From Candidatus Thorarchaeota archaeon (lineage in GTDB: Archaea > Asgardarchaeota > Thorarchaeia > Thorarchaeales > Thorarchaeaceae), in the NCBI GenBank assembly GCA_046758445.1, contig JBHIAE010000006.1, positions 38,397-102,396 of the forward strand: DNA of 64,000 bases, read 5' to 3'. Both the position numbers and the translations under genes were made by a program. The notes under the pieces were generated by a model, which saw nothing but the letters and a program-made list of their open reading frames with translations, was not told the origin of the DNA and did no database searches. This document shows positions 46,771-56,387 of this stretch, piece after piece (the stretch's first letter is position 1; every line of letters begins with the position of its first letter).

Positions 46771-48275
46771 TCAGTCTGATATGCAGAGGTCAGCTGTTGG
46801 CAGATACCTCGGTGGCTTTCTGACTCTTGTCGCCTGTTCAAAGGCATAAGCCAACTTGATCAATACTGGCTCATCGTATGCACCGGCAAAGAAGGAGATG
46901 CCAACCGGAAGGCCAAACGAATACCCTGCTGGAACAGTTATGTTAGGATAGCCAGCTACCGCAGCAGGTGACGAGCTGCCACCAGAATGGTGGTCCCCAT
47001 TCAGCAAGTCTGTCATCCATGCGGGGCCGCCAGAAGGTGCAACAATGGCATTCAGGTTGTGCTCCTTCATTGTTGCATCAATTCCTTCTGTTCTTGAGAG
47101 TCGGAGGTTGGTATCTAGAGCTTCTAGGTATTCCTTGCTTGTAAGTGGCCCTTTCTCTTGTGCCTTGATCATAATATCTTGGCCAAAGTATGGCATGACA
47201 GATTTGCGGTTCTGGTCATCGAACTCTATAACATCCTTCAGAGACCCCACACCCACCTTTGGTCCAAGTTTCTCTATGTAGGTTTTGAGATTCGCCTTAA
47301 ACTCATACAGTAACACTTCAAACTCGGTTTCCCACAGTTTCTCGGCAGAGGCGATATTCGCCGGATCGACAATCTCGGCACCCTGCTTTTTCATCGTTTC
47401 GATGGCAGCTTCCATTATCCTGTCCACCACATCGTTGAAGCCGAAGAAGTTACGCCCAATGCCAATCCTGGCGCCCTGCAATCCGTCGGGGTCCAAGAAT
47501 TGTGTGTAGTCTGTCCGTAGCTTGTCCCGACTCTCCTCAGTCACAGGGTCCTCCAGGTCCACACCCACCATACCACCAAGGAGTATTGCCGCGTCGCTCA
47601 CAGTTCTGCCCATTGGGCCGGCTGTATCTTGGCTATGCGCGACTGGCACAATTCCTGAACGGCTGAGGAGACCTAATGTGGGCTTTATCCCGACAATGGA
47701 GTTTGCTTGCGATGGACAGATGACTGAGCCATCGGTCTCGGTGCCGACTGCCACAACACATAGATTGGCTGCCACGGCAACGGCCGATCCGGAGCTAGAA
47801 CCGCACGGATTGCGATCAAGAACATATGGATTACGCGTCAGACCCCCACGACTACTCCAGCCGCTAGTTGAACGCATTGATCTGAAACTGGCCCACTCAC
47901 TGAGATTGGCCTTGCCGAGGATTATCGCACCTGCCGCACGGAGTTTCTTCACTATGAAGGCATCTTGAGAAGGAATTGAGCCTTTAAGAGCAAGAGATCC
48001 TGCAGTGGTCGTCATTCGGTCTGCAGTGTCAATGTTGTCCTTTAGGACGGCGGGAATGCCGTGAAGAGGTCCACGTGGACCTTTGGCCTTCCGCTCTTCG
48101 TCTAGAGAGTCAGCAATCGATAGAGCATCAGGGTTGACCTCTATGATGGCATTGAGTTTTGGTCCCCCCTGTCGAGTTCATTGATTCTTCCAAGGTATGT
48201 TTCCACAATCTTCCGGGCCGAAAGCTCTCCAGATGCCATTCTCTCCTGCAGTTCGGTGATTGTTACTTCTTCCAT
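46771..48275 (-). pseudogene. Amidase (amidase-signature family) split by a 1-nt frameshift, or a sequencing error
   Basis: ATG 48275 MEEVTITELQ..YL.RI.ELD shifts frame at the G6 run (48164-48169) into GPKLNAIIEVNPDA..GPLHGIP..KDNI..TTAGS..GSSSGS..GTETDGS. Confidence 0.85.
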
Positions 48276-48539
48276 TCAAGCTACCTTCCTTTAGAGATTA
48301 GGTTGGCAAAATGCAGTAGACTGTTAGGCTGGTCTGCTTGACTAACATTCTATTTAGCATTTGCATCCATTGGGACTTGAGTCCAGAGGAATATGCGATG
48401 CTGCAACTGTAATCCCGTGTGCCCGGAAATGCACCTTGACTAGGCCTTATAACCACAGGGTTCCATGTGTATGGCAGTTTGGACTGTCGGACTCACTGCT
48501 ATGTGCGCCGAGAGTTCACGAGAACCTGCAAGAGGTGAA

Positions 48540-48941
48540 ATGATGTCTTTCGTAACAGACGAGATGAGAGCTTTCGTAAAGGAGGTTTCCAGAGGCCTTG
48601 TAGGCACAATTGATGAGAATGGTTTTCCCCATGTCACGATCAAGAATGGTAGATTGAAGAAGGATGGGTCATTAGAGCTTTGGGGAGTCTTCGGAGAGGA
48701 AACAGTATCGAACATCAAACGAAACCCCAGAATCTGTGTCACCTTCGCCGATTTCGACAAGGCCTGGGGCTACCGCTTCAAAGGAAGAGGAGAGGTGGCC
48801 ACGAGCGGAGAGAAGTTTAAGAAGGTGCGAGCAAATCTAGGGAAGTTCGGATGGGTCTTGAAGGAGCTTATCATCGTGGAGGTAGAGGGCATATCACTCA
48901 TATCTCAGGAACTTGGTGAGGTCAACAAGAGAATCTTCTAG
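48540..48941 (+). CDS. Pyridoxamine 5'-phosphate oxidase-like FMN-binding protein
   Basis: VGT.D..G.PHV, T..NI..NP.I...F, GY.FKG. Confidence 0.85.
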   Translation: MMSFVTDEMRAFVKEVSRGLVGTIDENGFPHVTIKNGRLKKDGSLELWGVFGEETVSNIKRNPRICVTFADFDKAWGYRFKGRGEVATSGEKFKKVRANLGKFGWVLKELIIVEVEGISLISQELGEVNKRIF

Positions 48942-48980
48942 AGAATACTAACTCCGTCCTTGCATACCTTAGTGCCAGAG

Positions 48981-49802
48981 CTAGAGAAGGCCATTAAGAC
49001 CGAACGCATTCTCTACAAGCTCCGAGAATCTTCTGGCAAACCTAGCAGCTGGGGCACCATCAACAGTATCATGATCAACTGAAATTGTGACGCTGAGATA
49101 CTCGCGTGCCTCAATCTTATCATTTACAATGCCAGGTTTCTTTGCGATACCTCCAATCGTGATTATCAAGGGGTGCGGCGCTATTGGAATCGCGTAGCCG
49201 CCTGATTGACCAAACATGCCTACAGATGTTACCATCACGGTTCCCAAGGTCTTCTTGACGAAGAATGGGTTCTTGAGTTGTCTATAGACAAGATTCCTCA
49301 GAAACTTGGGAAACGAGGGGAAATACTTGGCAAGTCGCATTGTCAAGGACTTCTCCTCCAGGCCTTCAACTTCAATCTCATCTTGTATGTTCTTTCCTTG
49401 GGCCGTGCGAATCTCTTGAGTCATTTCCAGGACGGTCTTCTCGTTCGTTTTCCTGATAATTGATGGATAAGGAGTCGTGTCACGTTTTTGTCGCTTCTCT
49501 ACCGGTATCGATATGTCTACGTCGTCGAAGATGATGAGCTCTTTCCTGCCCTTTCTGAGTGCATGGACATGTTTGTGTTCGGTTACTGCTTGAGCGACAC
49601 ATTTCGAAATCCACGCTGTGAATGAAATCTCTCCCCCTTCTCTCTCTTTATATGATCGAATGATCTTGCGACCTTCGGTCACGTCTAGTTCAAAGAGACC
49701 CTTGACGTGATGCTTGCGGGCACTTAACTCCATATTATCAATCAGTATGATATGGTTCTTTGGAAAGCGTATCACTTCATAGCGTTCGGTCTTGTCGTCC
49801 AT
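48981..49802 (-). CDS. Stand-alone 2-oxoacid dehydrogenase E2 (acyltransferase) catalytic domain
   Basis: GT..VTS.GM.G, DHD.VDGA.AARF; no lipoyl domain. Confidence 0.9.
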   Translation of the reverse strand: MDDKTERYEVIRFPKNHIILIDNMELSARKHHVKGLFELDVTEGRKIIRSYKEREGGEISFTAWISKCVAQAVTEHKHVHALRKGRKELIIFDDVDISIPVEKRQKRDTTPYPSIIRKTNEKTVLEMTQEIRTAQGKNIQDEIEVEGLEEKSLTMRLAKYFPSFPKFLRNLVYRQLKNPFFVKKTLGTVMVTSVGMFGQSGGYAIPIAPHPLIITIGGIAKKPGIVNDKIEAREYLSVTISVDHDTVDGAPAARFARRFSELVENAFGLNGLL

Positions 49803-49969
49803 CTCAATACCTTTTCGACGCTGATTGTGTTTCGCTAACGACTAACTGACTAAAAAGGAGCTATAGTTGCATGCACAGTGGGATTCGTACCAACTAATGA
49901 TTCGCGAACCGGCTATAGGTTTAAGAACTGACCAAACCATTAAGGCCTTAGAATGGAGAGAAATCCAAA

Positions 49970-50356
49970 TTGGAAGGTATGAGGCCGTCAAGTAGCCCCA
50001 GGGGCGTAGCTATCATTGCAGACATCCAGTTCCTATTTGGAATCGCGTACTTCTTACTGGGCCTGCTCGTCTTGTCCTTTGCCATTTCCTTAGGACTCCT
50101 GTTGATAGTTGGAGGGGTCGTCCTCATTGCCATGGGATGGGCACTTCGAGATCTGCATACCTGGGCATGGTGGGGGAGCGTTTTGACAAATGTTGGATTG
50201 CTGGTTGGAGTACTTGTCGCGGTGATGATGGACATCTCTTTGGCCAGCAGCACTCTATTCAGCAATATCATAGGTGTAGCAATGGCTGTCGGTATCATAG
50301 CCTACCTCTCAACATCAAAGGTTCGAAAAGAGTTCCGAATAGGACGCGCGAATTAA
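49970..50356 (+). CDS. Small 4-TM membrane protein (third paralog)
   Basis: PRGV; GW.L....WAWWG; YL....VR..F. Confidence 0.8.
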   Translation: MEGMRPSSSPRGVAIIADIQFLFGIAYFLLGLLVLSFAISLGLLLIVGGVVLIAMGWALRDLHTWAWWGSVLTNVGLLVGVLVAVMMDISLASSTLFSNIIGVAMAVGIIAYLSTSKVRKEFRIGRAN

Positions 50357-50426
50357 AGTGGGATGAGTAGAGATCCTTGCCGACTATGACGCTTCCTCGA
50401 CAAGTGATTCTGATTGGAATCTGTCG

Positions 50427-50972
50427 ATGGGACAGTCGAAATCGCGAAGGAAGATGGCAGACATGAGTAACCGACCGTCACGACTCCTGCATCAGGGAAT
50501 GAAATTGGTGAGCGCGCATAAGACGGAGGAGGCAGAGATTGTCCTGAGAAGGCTACTGGAAATCCAACCAGAGAATGCTGATGCTTGGTGGCTTCTAGGG
50601 AGAGCTCTTTTACTGCAGGGCCGACTCGAGGAGAATGTGGAGGCGTTCAGAAGGGCTGCAAAGCTGGTCCCTAACAGGGCTGAGCTGTGGGAAACCCTAG
50701 GCGTTGCCCTCATACGAGTGGGTGAAGTCACTGAAGGAAGAGATGCCTTCACAAGAGCTTTCGAGCTGGACAATAGCTCAGTGAGTATGTCGGAATACGA
50801 GTTTGGAAAGCTCATCGAGTATGAACCGGGAAACCCCCTGCTCTGGTTCGGGCTTGGTGTCGTGCTCGACCTTCAAGGCAGAATCGATGAGAGTAAAGTA
50901 GCAATGCTGAAGGCTGAACGGCTTGGCCTCTCCGATGTGGTCCAAAAAGGCAGAGAAGAATCGAATAAGTAG
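50427..50972 (+). CDS. Tetratricopeptide repeat protein
   Basis: P.NA.AW..LG..L...G..EE...AF.RA..L.P repeats. Confidence 0.9.
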   Translation: MGQSKSRRKMADMSNRPSRLLHQGMKLVSAHKTEEAEIVLRRLLEIQPENADAWWLLGRALLLQGRLEENVEAFRRAAKLVPNRAELWETLGVALIRVGEVTEGRDAFTRAFELDNSSVSMSEYEFGKLIEYEPGNPLLWFGLGVVLDLQGRIDESKVAMLKAERLGLSDVVQKGREESNK

Positions 50973-50973
50973 A

Positions 50974-51078
50974 TGGGGCCCGTGGCGGGAATCGAAATCG
51001 CGTCCCGCCTCGATGTGAGACAGAATCCCGCGGCAGAGGATCCACAGTCCTCTATGTTACCATTACACCACACGGGCC
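50974..51078 (-). tRNA. tRNA-His(GTG) with encoded G-1 and CCA and a 30-nt intron at position 53/54
   Basis: Minus strand reads G-GCCCGTG-TG-GTGT-AATGGTA-ACAT-A-GAGGA-CTGTGGA-TCCTC-TGCC-GCGGG-[intron 50997-51026]-TTCGATT-CCCGC-CACGGGC-C-CCA; G-1 and C73 are His identity elements. Confidence 0.95.
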
Positions 51079-51194
51079 ATTCCTGAGATTGGTGACGAGG
51101 AAACGCTCAAGGACTTCGGCTTATTAGGTTACCGTTGATTGTTTCTTACACGGCCTTAGCGCCGTTGGGCTCTGACCATTTCTGATGGATTCAG

Positions 51195-51632
51195 TTAATC
51201 AACAGTGTTTATGGATTCCCGTTGTTGCTCGGCTCTCATGAGTTTAATGGGTCCGTACCAGTGTCGTAGTACAAGAATCAGCATGCAGACAGTTCCCAGA
51301 AGTGCAAAGGCCAAATCCACTACTAGATAATGCACGGTAATAAGAGTCACTCCCGCAGCGATGCCCCACCAAAGAATGGTAATTGCGGCACATATCAGGA
51401 AACCATACAAATAGAATTCGCCACCAGGAGATGAGAACACATTCGCCGCAATCAAAAGTCCTCCGAGGATAAACGCGACTGCGAAGATTTCTCCAAGTGA
51501 AGAAATGTACACACCATACACTATGTTCAATTGACCATAAAGCAGAATCAGGAACATCGCAGGACTTTTGGGACCTCCCAGATAGAAAGGAATCTCATCG
51601 GTCTGTGGTTCCATACCCATGTCGTTAGTCAT
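51195..51632 (-). CDS. Hypothetical membrane protein
   Basis: Four hydrophobic segments, GGAGG SD. Confidence 0.75.
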   Translation of the reverse strand: MTNDMGMEPQTDEIPFYLGGPKSPAMFLILLYGQLNIVYGVYISSLGEIFAVAFILGGLLIAANVFSSPGGEFYLYGFLICAAITILWWGIAAGVTLITVHYLVVDLAFALLGTVCMLILVLRHWYGPIKLMRAEQQRESINTVD

Positions 51633-51759
51633 GATTCATACAACCTCCGAAACTAGCCACCTACTACTCGCTAGGCGATTAACAACTCCTAGCGTGAATA
51701 CTGCTGTGAGAGAACTCCCAAAAAAGGATTATGAGTCTGACGAGCAATGAGAGGACTCA

Positions 51760-51815
51760 CGAACCTGCGGCTGAGCATCCGCAGTCCTCTATGTTACCAT
51801 TGCACTACACGGGCC
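51760..51815 (-). pseudogene. Degenerate intron-less partial copy of tRNA-His (anticodon GCG)
   Basis: GGCCCGTG-TA-GTGC-AATGGTA-ACAT-A-GAGGA-CTGCGGA-TGCTC-AGCC-GCAGG-TTCG; stem mismatches, no acceptor 3' strand. Confidence 0.8.
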
Positions 51816-51906
51816 TTTGCTGGGACTGGTGGCGAAGGAATGCTCGAGGACTTCGGCCTATTAGATTATCCGTACAAGGCCAGGTTCTTTCACCAAGAAT
51901 GACTGG

Positions 51907-52467
51907 CTACTCATCGTAGAGCTCATCAAGCTCCTCCATTGCCAATGACGCTTTTCCTACCCGTTCTTCATCCTTTTGGGCAAGCACCGGACCCCTGACA
52001 AAATGCACCAGGCCAATTCCAACCAGAAACTGAATTGGCAAAGGCCAGACAACACCAAGGACTGCGAAAGGAAAGGATGTAATTGAGAGCCAGACCGTTA
52101 GCATGATTGATGGCATTATCAGACTGACAAGACCATACACAATGACGGTTGACTTGCTCCCCCAATCCTGATAGAATCTGACAACTTTCAGCGCAAAGAC
52201 CATGTTGAACACACTGAAGGATACAGTGAACAACAGGACATCTGGGCGAATGAAGGCTATTAGGAACGGGTCGTAAGGCCGTGGTGTAAATACCCACAAC
52301 AATGAGTAGAACACGTCTTCGGGGTAGAAGAAGTCCTGAAGGAACATCCATGACAGATCTCTGGGAATGACACCATATGGGACAAGAAGTGTGATAATAA
52401 TCATGATCTCGGCTATCTGTGTGGGACTCACACCATAGAGTTCAACATTGGGACTAGTCCTACCCAT
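51907..52467 (-). CDS. Hypothetical membrane protein
   Basis: Several TM segments; start moved to ATG 52467 after GGGAG. Confidence 0.75.
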   Translation of the reverse strand: MGRTSPNVELYGVSPTQIAEIMIIITLLVPYGVIPRDLSWMFLQDFFYPEDVFYSLLWVFTPRPYDPFLIAFIRPDVLLFTVSFSVFNMVFALKVVRFYQDWGSKSTVIVYGLVSLIMPSIMLTVWLSITSFPFAVLGVVWPLPIQFLVGIGLVHFVRGPVLAQKDEERVGKASLAMEELDELYDE

Positions 52468-52624
52468 GACGGCTCCCAATCCTTTTCGATTGCCAAATGA
52501 CACTCGAAGATTCCGACTTCTTTGCCTATCAATGAATCGACATTCCTTACTATATGAGTTATTACTAGCTTTTTGCACTACATTCGCACTACGGAGTTAG
52601 AGCGGATCGTGGAGGTTTACCATC

Positions 52625-53176
52625 ATGGAAGAATCGAAGCAGAACAGAGAGAAGCTAGAACATATGTTTAGACAAGATGGTTTCGACGATTTCAAGTGGA
52701 TAGACCCTCGAAATATCATTGTGGCCCAATGGGTTCGCATGAAGTGCATGTATGGGTGTTCAAATTACGGCATGGGCGCATGTTGTCCTCCCAATGTGCC
52801 TTCGGTTTCGGACTGTGAACAATTCTTCAAGGAATTTCGACAGGCTACGATATTTCATTTCGTCGGACAGATGGAGGATCCAGAGGACCGCCACGCTTGG
52901 AGCAAGGAGATTAACCTAAAGCTGTTGGATGTTGAAAAGAAAGTCTTCCTCGACGGTCATGAGAAGGCGTTTCTCTTGTTCATGGACACATGTGAGATAT
53001 GTGAGGAGTGCACCGGAGATAGAGAATCATGCAAGCATCCAAAGCTTGCTCGACCTCCGCCTGAGGCGCTGGCTGTTGATGTTTTCAGCACTGCAAAACA
53101 AGTCGACTATCCAATTGAAGTCCTGAAGGACTACCAAGAGGCAATGAACCGCTACGCAATCCTGTTGATTGACTGA
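52625..53176 (+). CDS. DUF2284 Cys-rich metal-binding protein
   Basis: WVR.KC.YGC..YG...CCPP..P, C..C..C....C.HP..ARP..EA..VDV. Confidence 0.9.
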   Translation: MEESKQNREKLEHMFRQDGFDDFKWIDPRNIIVAQWVRMKCMYGCSNYGMGACCPPNVPSVSDCEQFFKEFRQATIFHFVGQMEDPEDRHAWSKEINLKLLDVEKKVFLDGHEKAFLLFMDTCEICEECTGDRESCKHPKLARPPPEALAVDVFSTAKQVDYPIEVLKDYQEAMNRYAILLID

Positions 53177-53302
53177 TACTCAGACAACGTGCCAGCTACG
53201 CAGACCATCAAAGATACTATCCTCTGACTCAAGAAGCCATCACAACGGTTAACACCCTTTGAGGATTTCTCCAGGCAAAGGCCTACTCCGGGAGACGATA
53301 TC

Positions 53303-54484
53303 ATGTTCGAAGAGCAGGGAATGGACAGATGGGCCGTTGTTGAACAACTGGACCTGATGCTTGAAAGAGACTCGACCTATTTCTCAGGCCATCCAATCGC
53401 TTCGATGTCCACAATACCCCATCCACTCAGCGTCGAGATATTCTCAAAGACTCTCGAGAGTAACGCGGGCCGTATGCACACACTCAGGGAGTCTGAACAG
53501 ATTGAAAGAGAGGTCATTGAGATGCTTGGTGACCTCTTCCACCTGAAGACCTCGTATGGTACTACAACCTCAGGAGGAACTGAATCCAACCTACTCGCAA
53601 TACTCTCCGGACGTGAGATGGCAACTAGGAGGACCAAGAACCCGGAGGTCATCGCACCAAGGTCTGCCCACTCTTCGGTAGATAAAGCCGCATGGCTATT
53701 GGGAGTGAAGCTTGTCAAGACAAGAGTGGACAAACAGTACAAGGCAGTTCCCAAGGCAATTGAGAAGGCAATAACGAAGAACACAATCAGTATCATAGCT
53801 ACAGCTGGAACGACCTATCTAGGACAGGTAGATCCAATAGAAGAGATCGGCAGGATTGCCCGAGAGAAAAAGATACCGCTTCACGTGGATGCAGCTTTCG
53901 GCGGTTTTGTCATACCTTTTCTTCGACAGCTCGGATGGCGTACCTATCCATTCGACTTCGAGGTCAAGGGTGTCACTAGCATCAGTGTTGACCCACACAA
54001 GATGGGACTTGCACCAATACCTGCTGGTTGTATAGTCTTCAGATCTAGGAAACACCTAAAGGCAGTAACTAAGAATATCCCATACCTTCGGGGGGCGAGT
54101 GCAACTCAGGCATCAATCCTGGGTACAAGACCTGTTGCGTCAATTCTCGCCACATGGGCAATCATGAAGCACCTTGGGAGAGCAGGGTATAGAAAGATGA
54201 TTCGAGAATGCATGGACCGAACACTTCTCGCGAAGGAGAGGGTAGAAGATAATCCGATGTTGAGTCTTGCAATCGACCCGGTAATGAACATCCTAGGCGT
54301 CATGAGCAAGGAAGTGCCAATAGATGTGGTCGTCAAAGAGATGGAGAAGATAGGATGGCGCATGGCGACGTCTCCGGCCCCTCCATCAATCAGGGTCGTT
54401 GTGATGCCTCACATGTCTACGGGAGCTTTGAATGCCTTCTTCAACGACCTAGACGTTGTGTCGACAACAATCCCTGCAGACTAG
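53303..54484 (+). CDS. mfnA: PLP-dependent tyrosine/aspartate decarboxylase
   Basis: SM.T.PHP, TSGGTESN, SAH.S..KA, AGTT..G.VDPI, HVDAAFGG, DPHKMG, GTR. Confidence 0.9.
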   Translation: MFEEQGMDRWAVVEQLDLMLERDSTYFSGHPIASMSTIPHPLSVEIFSKTLESNAGRMHTLRESEQIEREVIEMLGDLFHLKTSYGTTTSGGTESNLLAILSGREMATRRTKNPEVIAPRSAHSSVDKAAWLLGVKLVKTRVDKQYKAVPKAIEKAITKNTISIIATAGTTYLGQVDPIEEIGRIAREKKIPLHVDAAFGGFVIPFLRQLGWRTYPFDFEVKGVTSISVDPHKMGLAPIPAGCIVFRSRKHLKAVTKNIPYLRGASATQASILGTRPVASILATWAIMKHLGRAGYRKMIRECMDRTLLAKERVEDNPMLSLAIDPVMNILGVMSKEVPIDVVVKEMEKIGWRMATSPAPPSIRVVVMPHMSTGALNAFFNDLDVVSTTIPAD

Positions 54485-54837
54485 GCGGGAGCGCTTATTG
54501 TTTCCTTGAGACTGGTAATCTCTTCCTCTAGGTCCTCCATGCGTTTGGACATATCCATCACGACCTGCAGAAGCATCGAGATGAGGTATCCGTAGTTCAC
54601 GGAGTAACCCTTCTCTCTCACAATGATGTTTGCCTCCTCAAGCCTCCGTGCAATGTTCGTGATTGACTGCTTCGACACCTTTCTCTCCTTCACTTGCCGG
54701 TCGACGACCTCTCGCACCTCTCCGGGACCCAAGGGACTTCCTTTGAGAGGACTGAGAAGACTATGAAGCATGACAAGACCTGCACTCATGCGTGGGTTCA
54801 GCAGCTTGGCAAAAGTTCGGTTCAGTTCAGCCTTCAA
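54481..54837 (-). CDS. Hypothetical winged-helix/coiled-coil protein
   Basis: SKQSI.N..RRLEEA.II wHTH-like segment and C-terminal coiled coil. Confidence 0.7.
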   Translation of the reverse strand: MKAELNRTFAKLLNPRMSAGLVMLHSLLSPLKGSPLGPGEVREVVDRQVKERKVSKQSITNIARRLEEANIIVREKGYSVNYGYLISMLLQVVMDMSKRMEDLEEEITSLKETISAPA

Positions 54838-55053
54838 CCTATCTAGCCCCCGTAGTTTGGATGACTAGCACTAGTACACGTTTCATTCATGAAAAAGCTT
54901 CCTGCACTGGTAGAACTCTGACGATGGGCTTGGAAAGAATGCCTTCATTCGAATACGTTTACTAGGCAATTTGCTTTCCACCATGTGGATTCGCATATCA
55001 GGTCAAAACAGTGAAAAGACGTGAGATGGTCTTCGCTCTTGTGAGTCTGTAAA

Positions 55054-55731
55054 TTGATTGGTGAATCCGGTCGAGTTGTGTTCGTCGCAGTCATCCATAC
55101 TGACACAGAGAGTGTAGAGCGTGTGAGGAGAATTGTAAGAGAAGTAAAGCCCGAAGTGGTGGCTGTTGAACTCGATCACGAGAGGTATAGACAGCTCTTG
55201 AATCCTAACGAGAGCATGGAGAATTGGATACCACCACCTACAGGAGATGCAGTCCAAGATTTGATGCAGCATATGGCGTCACTTGAGAAGAGTCTTGGTG
55301 AAACCACAGGGGCAGGGGTGGGAACAGAGATGCTTGCGGCTGTAGAGGAGGGGCGTAATGTTGGTGCAAAGATTGCCCTTGTGGACAGACCGATTCAAGC
55401 AACCATGCAAGCCATCATGAAAGTCCCGCTTGACGAGATATATGGTCTCATGAACTTCCTCCCTGATGCGACGAAGGACATCAGTGATGGAACAGGAACC
55501 GACATCCTAAGCGTCCTGAAACAGGACGGGGCAATTGATGACCTTACGACTCAATTTGAGTCCGAATTTCCGGGCCTTGCAGACGCCTTGATTCACCAGA
55601 GAGACCTCTATGTAGCACAAGCCCTCCACACCATCCTAAATGACATTGAAGGAAAGATAGTCGTTGTGCTGGGAGCAGGACACGTGGACGGCGTCAAGTC
55701 GATACTGACAGATTTGCTGGAGAAGGATTAG
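55054..55731 (+). CDS. TraB/GumN family protein
   Basis: H...S...V...V....P.VVAVELD..R, EM.AA, DR.I..T, RD.Y.A, VV.GAGH..G. Confidence 0.9.
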   Translation: MIGESGRVVFVAVIHTDTESVERVRRIVREVKPEVVAVELDHERYRQLLNPNESMENWIPPPTGDAVQDLMQHMASLEKSLGETTGAGVGTEMLAAVEEGRNVGAKIALVDRPIQATMQAIMKVPLDEIYGLMNFLPDATKDISDGTGTDILSVLKQDGAIDDLTTQFESEFPGLADALIHQRDLYVAQALHTILNDIEGKIVVVLGAGHVDGVKSILTDLLEKD

Positions 55732-55736
55732 GGCAT

Positions 55737-56387
55737 CTAGAGTTTCATGGCTGCGATGAGCTCCTCCAGACCCTGCCCAGTCTTTGAACTCAGCTTGAAC
55801 ACGGGGATTCGAGCATCCACCTCACGAACGTCTTGAACAAGCGACTCGGTGCCAAATCCAATGGCTTCGGCGAGGTCAATCTTGTTTATCACAACCATGT
55901 CTGCTCGCTTTATTGTCAGAGGGTGTTTTCGCACCATGTAAGGTCCTTCTGTGACGCTGACTAAGACTATCTTCTTCTCTACCCCAAGAGAGTATCCTGC
56001 GGGGCAAATTAGGTTCCCAACATTCTCGATGAAGACTATGTTGTACTTGGCAAGGTCAATATCTGCAAGCGCTACTTTGAGCATTCTGGCATCCAAGTGA
56101 CATGTGGTGCCAGTGTTGATTTGAACTGTATCTACACCGTGCGCAGCAACTCGGTCTGCGTCTATCCTAGTGGCCAGGTCTCCGGCCACCATCAGTATTC
56201 TGTATCTATCCTTCAACTTCTCACATAGGGCCTCTATGAGCTGAGTCTTACCTGTGCCAACTGAACCCATGATGTCGAAGGCTCGAATGCCATTATGTTT
56301 GAAGACCTCGGCGTTCTGAGCTGCAGCCTCTTCATTGGCTCCGAAAAGGTCCTTATGGATGTCTATTGACACGGTTCGTTCTGTCAT
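55737..56387 (-). CDS. hypB: Hydrogenase nickel incorporation GTPase HypB
   Basis: G..G.GKT, GD..T..DA.R, QINTG..CHLDA, ENVGNL.CPA...LG, SVTEG, NKIDL. Confidence 0.95.
   Translation of the reverse strand: MTERTVSIDIHKDLFGANEEAAAQNAEVFKHNGIRAFDIMGSVGTGKTQLIEALCEKLKDRYRILMVAGDLATRIDADRVAAHGVDTVQINTGTTCHLDARMLKVALADIDLAKYNIVFIENVGNLICPAGYSLGVEKKIVLVSVTEGPYMVRKHPLTIKRADMVVINKIDLAEAIGFGTESLVQDVREVDARIPVFKLSSKTGQGLEELIAAMKL

Larger units (their letters stand above)
51027..51873. repeat. Imperfect ~110-bp direct repeat (about 51027-51135 and 51764-51873): tRNA-His 5' part plus upstream region
   Basis: Shared blocks CAGTCCTCTATGTTACCATT, ACACGGGCC, GGACTTCGGC.TATTAG.TTA. Confidence 0.85.

Noticed and set aside
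45700-50974. Integrated element at tRNA-His
   Set aside because: No integrase or transposase, and no duplicate of the tRNA 3' end was found by eye.
51760-51815. Functional tRNA-Arg(GCG)
   Set aside because: His-derived body, stem mismatches, no A20, no acceptor 3' strand.
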